DNA of 44,653 nt from IMG/VR virus record IMGVR_UViG_3300009706_000019, positions 1-44,653 of that record; one strand, 5' to 3'. The stretch is from a virus (taxonomy: Duplodnaviria; Caudoviricetes). Of the stretch, positions 8,101-17,100 are shown in pieces; position 1 is the first letter of the stretch, and each line of letters begins with the position of its first letter. The notes beneath the pieces were generated by a model that saw only the letters and a program-made list of their open reading frames with translations, did not search any database and was not told where the DNA came from. A program made the translations under genes and the position numbers.

Positions 8101-11100
8101 AACTCCAGTCTGATGAAATATCTCCCGTTTTATGCTTCTTCATAAATTCATCTTCGGTCATCCCTCCTGTTACTTTTGCAGCGGCAGCGTCATCAAGGCT
8201 GTCGGCTTGGCTCGCAGGTATATCATCGACAATACGTACACTACCTCGTGGCTTAGGTGCCATTGGATAGGGTACGTTATCGACTTGCTGCGTTAAAGGG
8301 TTAAACGCAATTTGCCCGTCACTACTTGCCCAGACCGGTGTACCAACAAACTCTATTTCCTCTCTGACTACGCCATTTTTCGATGCCTTTGTTAGCAACT
8401 CAAGTAATCGCTCGTGCTGCTGTTCACCTTCTAAGGTAAATGCAAATTTTGCGTCTGAAGGAACCTCAAGCGGTTGTTGCAGTCCAAAGTCCCATAAGTC
8501 TACAAGTTCAGAGTGTTCATCGTCAGTCAACTTATCGAGGTTAAGGTTTGACCTGTTCATTAAACCGCCGCCTGTTTTTTTATCCGTGTACCTTACCCCC
8601 TTAGTCACAGGATCGCTTGTCTCTTGCGATACTTCTAAGAAAGTGTTTTCTAGCTTTTTAATTTTTGGATTGTCTACACCTTTTGAGTATTTAACCATCG
8701 AAGGAGCGTCATCTTGTAAACTTGAAACTGGCAGTTCGTAGGAAACAACCTCCATAGAATCATCCATAGCGGCTAGTTGGTTCGCCATTTTCTTATCGGT
8801 AATAAACCGTGTGTTATTTGGAATATCTTTTTTAGCCTGCCTGCTTTTCCAAAACGCTTGTGCATCTGGCGAATGGGGGATGTCCGGTTTGAAAACCTCC
8901 CCCGTTACTTCTTCGCCCATATCATACATATTTGTTGCAATACCCCGCCGGCGCATATCTGGTGCAACTCCTACCGCACCCTTAATGCCCACTTCGGTAG
9001 GGTCTTTTACATCTGGGCCGTAAAATAAAGTACCCACCACACGATCATCCGATTCACGGATAGCTACCATATGTTCATAACCCAAACCCTCTAACATTTC
9101 CCCCGTGTCTGCGTATGATTCATAACGAATACCATCTATCGTTTTAACTTCAGTAGATGTGCGTGAGGTAGTTCCAAATTCACCCGTTCGATTCTTATAA
9201 TCGCGATTTATTGAATCCCAATTTTTTGGCTCGGATGGGATTGTAATTTCTATTTCTTTCGCAGCTAAATGGGGTGCGTCTTTCCCCGCGATAATTTCAT
9301 CGCCTTCGTACAGAACCGACCGTGACGCATAATCACCATCAAGAAGTGCCTCTGACCTACCGCCAGCTAGAAAATCATCCTCATCTAAATGAGTCCTACT
9401 TCCTCGCCTTGCAAACACTACGGCATCCTCGTTTGGAACATCAACTGCTAGTATTGCCCGATTCGGTCCTAGCTCTCCCGTAGTCTCCAAATCCCAATTT
9501 GCATACGAGACCGCTTCTTCATAATCGGTTGTGTACCATCGCCCTACGCCACCCCCCTCGGCATCTAGTTTAGTCCCCCCGTACTTGCCTTTACCCCGAC
9601 CCTCAATCCTATCGGGGTTCACACCTCTATACATGCGGATATGCCCGTCTGGGGCCTCATCTGGGAAAGGCACTTTTTTTGCACTCACCCGTCGCACAGT
9701 ATAAACCGTAGTTGTTTCTTCAGAATCTAGGACCGCCCCTATAAAATCTTCGGCGTTATTAAATTGGGTGGCGTCTGCTTTTAACTTGGCAGCGCCTACC
9801 AATTTTTCTTCGGACGTAACCACCTTAGCTTCGGCAAAGTTTAGTTCTAATTGTGCGTTTTCGGATTTAGTTATCGCGTCCATCAATTTTTCTGCGGCCT
9901 CTTGCGCAGCATCTACCGCGTGTATTTCTGCTTGCATAACATCATCTATTTTTGCTAAGTCAGCTTTCAAAGTCTTTAAAATATCTGATTCAACCGTCTC
10001 AAAAAGTTTTAGTTGTTTTACACCTTCCCTTTTGTTTATAAGTTCAGTTGCTTCCTCCAACTGTGCCGATGATTCTCTCAGTAGCTTGTCAAAAAACGTG
10101 GGACTGCTTGCCGCATCGGCTTGACTAGGGGTAATTAAGCCGCTTCTCAAAGATGCGTCAACGTCAATTAGCTGGTTTACCTCATCATCCCAGGCTTGAA
10201 ACTTCCCAACCGCTACCTCTCGCATTTCATACAAAGAGTTTAAATCTTCAGGTTCAAACGCGCCTTCTTTTATCCCCTGTTTTATTTTTTTAATTTGACT
10301 ATTTACAGCATCAACTTTTGCTTTTACTTGTGCCCTCTCTGCTCTTGCTTTTTGTATTGCCACATCTGCCCTAACGTATCGAGCCTCTAATTCCATTAGT
10401 CGTTGCGCGGCTACGTCTTGGACTGCGGCTATGTCCCTAATGCGAGCTATTTCCTTTAATCTTTCCTCTGCAATAACTGCCGCCCGTTGCGTTTGGATGG
10501 ATAGTAATTCATCGGGGGATTTTATAGCATCAAATACCTCAGAGGGGCGGAGTTCCCTGCCGGGACTTAGTGCGTGTAGTGGTCGATCAGGATTTTTTCT
10601 AAGGGCTATAATTTCTGAAGTGTGTTTAGTTCCTCTCGTTTCAGTTACCGTAACAATTCCATCGTACCCCGCATCCGTGATTGCTTCGCTTAGTTCCCTT
10701 CCCGTCTTACCCCCGAATCGTTCGCTTAAAACATATTTCCAATTAGTAGCGTCTGAGTAACCCGCCCCAAAATCTACAACTAAAGGCTTTTCAAGTGTGA
10801 TAATTCCTGTTTCAATTGTAGGCTGATCTACCACATTTTTAGGGTTTACAACAGTTACATATTTTCCAGATGGTTCTACATGCTGCCCATACCGTTTACC
10901 ATAATCAACTGCGCTTTCTGTATTATGTGCATAAGTAAATTCAAACGGTTTTCCGGTTTCGGGAATACCCAATTCGCTTTGAACCAATTTTGTTTTAGTA
11001 GGCAGACGCACATTACCTTCGTTTTGTTGTAGTCTTTTAAATTTTTCAATACCGACAAGTTTAGGGTCAACAGAAGACGGCGTGTTTAAAGGTTGCCATT

Positions 11101-14100
11101 CGAGTTCAATTTCAAGATAGTCCTTTGGAACATCACTGTAGGGACCGCTTTGGTATACTTTTTTGGTTTTCTTTGTGACGGTGTAGTTACCCGCTGCCAT
11201 AAACTCATCTTCATTTTGGAAGGATGCTCCCACATCATCTATCGATAACACCCGCTTAGCACGTGCGCCCGGTTTAATTTTCCAAACTATGGCACCTTCG
11301 TGGCGTGTCCCCGACTGAAACGCAAAATGAAGCGCCATATCCTCATCTCGAGTTAAGCCCGTTGTGAATTTTCTACCTCCCAACTCTATGACTTGACCGG
11401 GTTCTAAATCATCCCATGAACCTATGGAATTATACAATCGACTATTGATTAAACCATGCTGATTTCCGGTGCCCCTATACAACGCCACAGGCATGATGTC
11501 TGCTTCGGTAGCTAGCTTGTGAGCAATAGCACGTGCTTCTGCCCGTTGACGCATCATTCTTACAAGTTGAGTTTTTACGTGGTTGGCTTGTGCCGCATCG
11601 CCGGCTTTCTCAAGCGTTTCGGCATGGCGTATGTGACGCTTTACAAAATTTGAAAATGATTCGCCGACAATTTCCGTAAATCCACCCCCGGGCTGTATCT
11701 TGAGGGTATCCCCAGACCGATCAACCGTGCCCTCAAATATATCGTTGAGAGTTCGCCGTAGGCGGTCATTACCAGAAGTTATGCCCGTGGTCCCCCGCTT
11801 CGATAATAGCTCGATTGCTTCTTTCGTTGTTTTTGCTTCACCTCGTGCCCCAAAACCGCCCAGGCGAGAATTAGGGTACAAATCCTCAAATAAGGTTATG
11901 GTTTCATATTTAGGGCCGGTGCCGTCCATTGCCCATTGCTTCGCAACTTTAGTTGTAGTTAGTTCAAACATTTCGTCATCGAAATAATCTCCCACGGTTG
12001 TGGGTTTCCAATCAGGATCGAATAATTTGTCCTTTACGTTTACCTTCCGTGCTAGGGCACCATCTTGTTTTTTAACTACGACCGGCACATCTTCTATACC
12101 TAATTCTTTTGCAGCGATTAAGCGCCGATTACCATTTGTAACAAGAGCGCGGCCCGCATCGTCGATGGAAATTTCAATTGGGTCTAAAATACCGTGTTCT
12201 AAAATGTCTTTTTTAAGAGCATCTAACGATTTCCGGCCTGCACTCGAAGTGGGAGGTTTTACGTCTGCAAATTGATCTACAAACCATCGTGGTACCTCCT
12301 CTGCTTGGGTGTTGTGTTGCCACGGTTTAGGAATATCTGCGGCAGGTTTTAAAACATCGTCGGTTAAAGGTACATACTCCACTTCAATTTCTATAATGTG
12401 TTCCTCTACGCCATCGGGGATTGTAAAATTGCGTCGAGTATCCATAACTTGGGAAATGTCTAAATCGTCGATAGGTATCTCTCGTTTTCCAACTACGCGG
12501 AATTTTCCCGCTGTATAATATTCGTCTTCCTGAAGCGCGGTTAATTTTGCTCTAAGTTCACGTTTCTGTCTTAGTGCTAAGGCATACTCAGGGGTTGCCT
12601 CGCTCCCCATCTCTAAAATTCGTGAGTCGATAGCGTCGATGTCTTCAAATAGTTTTTGCGCCTTCGCCCCCGGTCTAACCTTGTACACTACGGGAGGCCA
12701 ATTTTCTTCGCCTCGATCTAGCGCAAATTTTTGTGCCACCTTTGGATCGGTTGTTAGTCCCGTAACAATCGTTCGATCATTTATTTCTATCTCTTGACCT
12801 AGTGTTACTTCCCGCATATCCTTTCCCGAACGACTTATGGCACGATCACCTCGATATAAGTGCGAAGGCACTTCGTCTGTGCTGTCTAATTCGTTTAAAA
12901 ATATGCGCGCCTTCGTTCTACGCTCTATAAGTGCGCCGCTTGCATTTTTAGGTAATGGTTCACCGTTAATCACCGCGTCTAAATCGCGTTTTAACATCGC
13001 GGTAGGTCTAGTCCCCTTAACTACTTTTTCACCTACTAAAATATCGTTTTGCGCTTCAGCAAAAAGTTGACTGTATGATTTTTCTTCTATCAACTCCCGA
13101 ACAATTATATTTGCATCCGCATCTATAAAATCCCCCGTATGGAAAGTTTTAATCCTACTGCGATCCGTTGGAATCTGACTTAACTCAACTTCAATATATG
13201 ATTTTTTTTTGGTTACCCCTACAACTTTAAATTCCCCATGCGTTGCAAATTCATCTGGCGCACCTGTTATTGTTTTTTGGGGTATTATGTCGGTGGAAAG
13301 TTTAGGTGGGATATGCTCCACATTAACTTCCAATACACCATCAATTTTTTGTACACTCTTTACTCTAAACTCCCCCGCCATTAGCATTTCGTGTGGTTTG
13401 CTTACCCGACCTTCCCCCCGTCGATATGCCTTAAATTTAGGTTCGCGCTTTATACCCTTTGGATTGTCCACCTTGAACATTATTGCGGTATCTTTCATCG
13501 GGTCATCTATACCGTAAATAGTATCCCCTAATGCCGCCTTGCGTGTCGATAATCCGCGTGTTAATACCGAATCTTGCGTAGCCATTAAATCGCTAGGTTT
13601 AACCTTTCCGGGTGTGGGGCCGTTTAGCCGTAAAAATGCTTCGGCCTTCCCGGTTGGCTGGCCTATCTCTAGCACCTTCCCCGGCACTAACAAATCGGTG
13701 TCGATGATACGTAGACCGTCTGGAAAGGGGACGTACACCGAATCCACAGACACCGGCGCACGGTCTAATTCATTAAGTAACGCCCTTGCTTGCGCTCTTG
13801 CTCGATATTCGGACACATACTGCTGTTGAAATTCAAACAGGCTGGCTCGTTCTTTAGGATGTAGTCTACCCGCTTTGTCGATAAGCTGTTGCAACTCCCG
13901 AGGGGAAACGCTCGCATCGTTGCCTTTAAGTAATTGACGCATCGCTTCTGCCTTAGTATGAGTTATTGACTCAGCAGTTTCACCATGCAAATCAAAGTAT
14001 AATGTTTTTGCGTCTTCAAATAACATCCGCGTAGCTACATCGTCTGCGTCCTCAATTGTACGATAGGTAAAAGCGCCAGCTCTTAAGCGCTCATCCTTAG

Positions 14101-17100
14101 CATCGGGAAACAATCTATTGAGTACCTGATTTTTAGCGCGTGAATTTTCTGGCTTGTTTAAGCCCCCATCCAATAAGTCAGCAACGGTCGCTCGATCTCC
14201 CATACGTTGCGCATCAGCGCCGGCCCGAATTTTAAAAACTACACCATCGTTCGCGCCGTCCGATAGGGCATCCTCTATAGCACGTGACTTGCTAGAGGTT
14301 AAATTAGTCGTAACCTTCGATAACGTGAGGGACTCCCCCTCGCCTACTGGCAATTGTATAACGTCCCCAACGATCCCCCGCTGTGTACGTGGAAAGAAGA
14401 TAGTCCCCGTGTCACTGTTAATGCCTACATATAAATTATGTGGTGTCTTGTCGGCATCGTCTAAGTGTTTTAAATAAACACGCGCCGTTACTCGATCATT
14501 TACAGTTTGTAAAGTTGCGTTTGGTGGCAACGGTTTACCTGCTAACACATCATCCATAGCAACTCGTAAAGCTACGTTTTCAGGGGATGCTAAATCTTGT
14601 TCTAAAATATATTTTGCTCTTTGCAAATGTTCCGTAGGTGTCAACTCTACAATGTCATCTGCAATAGTGGGATGCACGCCATAATCTAAGTAGTCTCGTG
14701 TTGAAGTTGGATTCCATGAGCGCTGGCTAAATGGCTCAGGAGGGGCGGCTACTCTCCCCGAAGCAAGCCTTAATTCGCGATGTCGCTGCTCTGCTCTGAT
14801 TAGCGTATCCGTGTCCTGAAGCGTGCGCATCCGCTGCCTCAACTCTCGCATCTCTTTTTCGACTCGTGAGTGCGGCCATTCTGCCCGGTGAAGTTTTTGA
14901 TTTTTAGCTATCGCGTTTACTTCGTCTGATAAAAGTCCTTGCTCTCCCTTTAAGGTAGCGTGCCATCTCGCCAAATTTGTATCGGTAAGTTCTTGCGTAC
15001 GTTTAGCTGTAACGCTCATCAAAACTCTATGCTTGGGGTCCATCGAATCTTGGGCGGTTTTTATGATGTACAACGCATCATTCACAACATCATCTAGTAG
15101 GTTTGGATTTTGGGCGATGGCCCGCACATCTACGCTGGAAAATCGCCTAAAAATGTCATCAACATCATCAATTGTTAAATTATATTGTGCCTGCAAACCC
15201 TTCAGTATGCGATTGTTTCTGTCCTTGTCTAACGCCGCATATTTAATTACGTTTGATAGTCGTTCATCTACTATATCGGGTACCTTGTAGGGTAGCTTTC
15301 CCAGCATTGCTTCTAAATTTTGAAAAGTTTCGGGCATAGCATGTTTTAAAATTACATTTTTTTGAGGGTCCGTATAAATGGCAACTAAATCTGCCCACGT
15401 TTCGCGCTGGTTAGTAAAATTGATTTTTAATTTATTACCTATCGTAACATTCTGCATACCTTCAAATGCACCGTCTAATTTAGATGCGTCTATTAACGTA
15501 AGCAGTTCTTGCCTTGCACCCTCACTTACGGTATGCGTAGCTTGAACAAAACTTCGCCTAGCCGCCGGCATACCCGACATACCGTCTGAAGGTAATTGCA
15601 TGGTGTGCCCTAGTTCATGCGTCATTAACTTTCGACGCATGTCTGCGGCCCTAAACAGATCGTCGGATATAAGTTTTTCATACCGCAAATCATCCAAAGT
15701 TAGCACGCGGTCATATCGTTTCATATAAGCGCGCTTTTTGGTAATCAGTTCTAACTCTTTTTTTAGTGCTTCAAATTTTACAGCGCCCTCGGGGGTTGGC
15801 GTACCACCCAACATCTCAATGGCTACTTCAAACTTATCTACCCTAGTCTGTAGTTCATTTAGTTTTGAAATGGCGCGCTTTCTACCCTGTAAGCCTATTA
15901 AATCGGGGTCAAATAGATGTTCTTTACTAATCGCAATGGGTTTAATTTTGCCATCTACAACACCATACGCATAAATTTTATTATCATCCGATCTGGCTAT
16001 AAAACCTACCGCATCGATATCTGGTAAATCAGCGCGACCTTGACTTACATTAAACTTCACACCATTGGGGGAAGGTTTAGCAATACCAACGCCCCGAACC
16101 GGTAAATCGGGGTCATAGAGTGCCTTGCTTTCTGCAATCCATTGTCGGGTTCTTTCGGGTAACAAAGAAAGTAATTCGGGGTCGTCGCTCAAAGTAGACC
16201 GCACTAAAAAATCGTCTGCCTCTTTTAAAGAAACAGGCGGTATGAAATCATCGGGGTTTAGTCGTGCAACTCTTTGTAATTCTGGAAGTTCCCGCGCCGA
16301 TTTCCAACTATTGGGTATGTAGTCTGGATTTTTTCTTAGGAACGATTCCCACTTTTCTGCATCGTGAATAAAGATACGACCTTCGTCCAAAGATAAAATT
16401 TTAGTAGCGTTGCCATTTAGCGCATCGGTGGTATCCCATAGCGTAAATTTGTCCCACAATCCTTCGTCTAACGCTCTGGGAACAACTTTGCTTACTTGCT
16501 CGTGTGTTCTTTTGATAACAGCGTTAGGGACAGCACGCCCCGATTTGCGCGCTCTTTCTTCGGCACGAGCAACCGCCAGAGAAGTATCAATAGTGGCATA
16601 ATTTGCTTCTACTTTATTTCCAGTTTCACGTAAGATTTTTATTTTCTCACGTAATGCCCCATACCCACCATCACCCGTACCGTCTATGAGTGTGTTTTGA
16701 TTTCTGCGCATCGACTCACGCACCGCAACGGTTCCAATATGCGATGACTCATCGTGAACAATCATAGCCGCTTTAGGGTCGCCCGCCTCTAACATCGTTT
16801 GATATTCGGGAAGGTAATCTTTCACCCGGTCAGAATCTACAATTGCAGTATTCACCGGGACGCCTAAATCACCCGCAGATTGTTTAACATCTAATAGGGT
16901 GCCTTTACCCGAACCCGAACCGCCGCCCATCATATATGATACTGGTTCATCTACCGCTGTTACTAATTCATTGTTTCGATTTACTGAAATTATTTCATCG
17001 ACAATTTCATCATGCATAGATGTTCTGGAAGGAGTAAATTTAGTTCTTCCGTTTTCCGTGAAGCTAGAAATTCGGTGTCTATCGAATGAAGTTAAATCGT

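Noticed and set aside
6855-8194. Duplicated block considered as DGR template/variable repeat
   Set aside because: Differences are not obviously adenine-specific, both copies are in-frame coding, and there is no reverse transcriptase in the window
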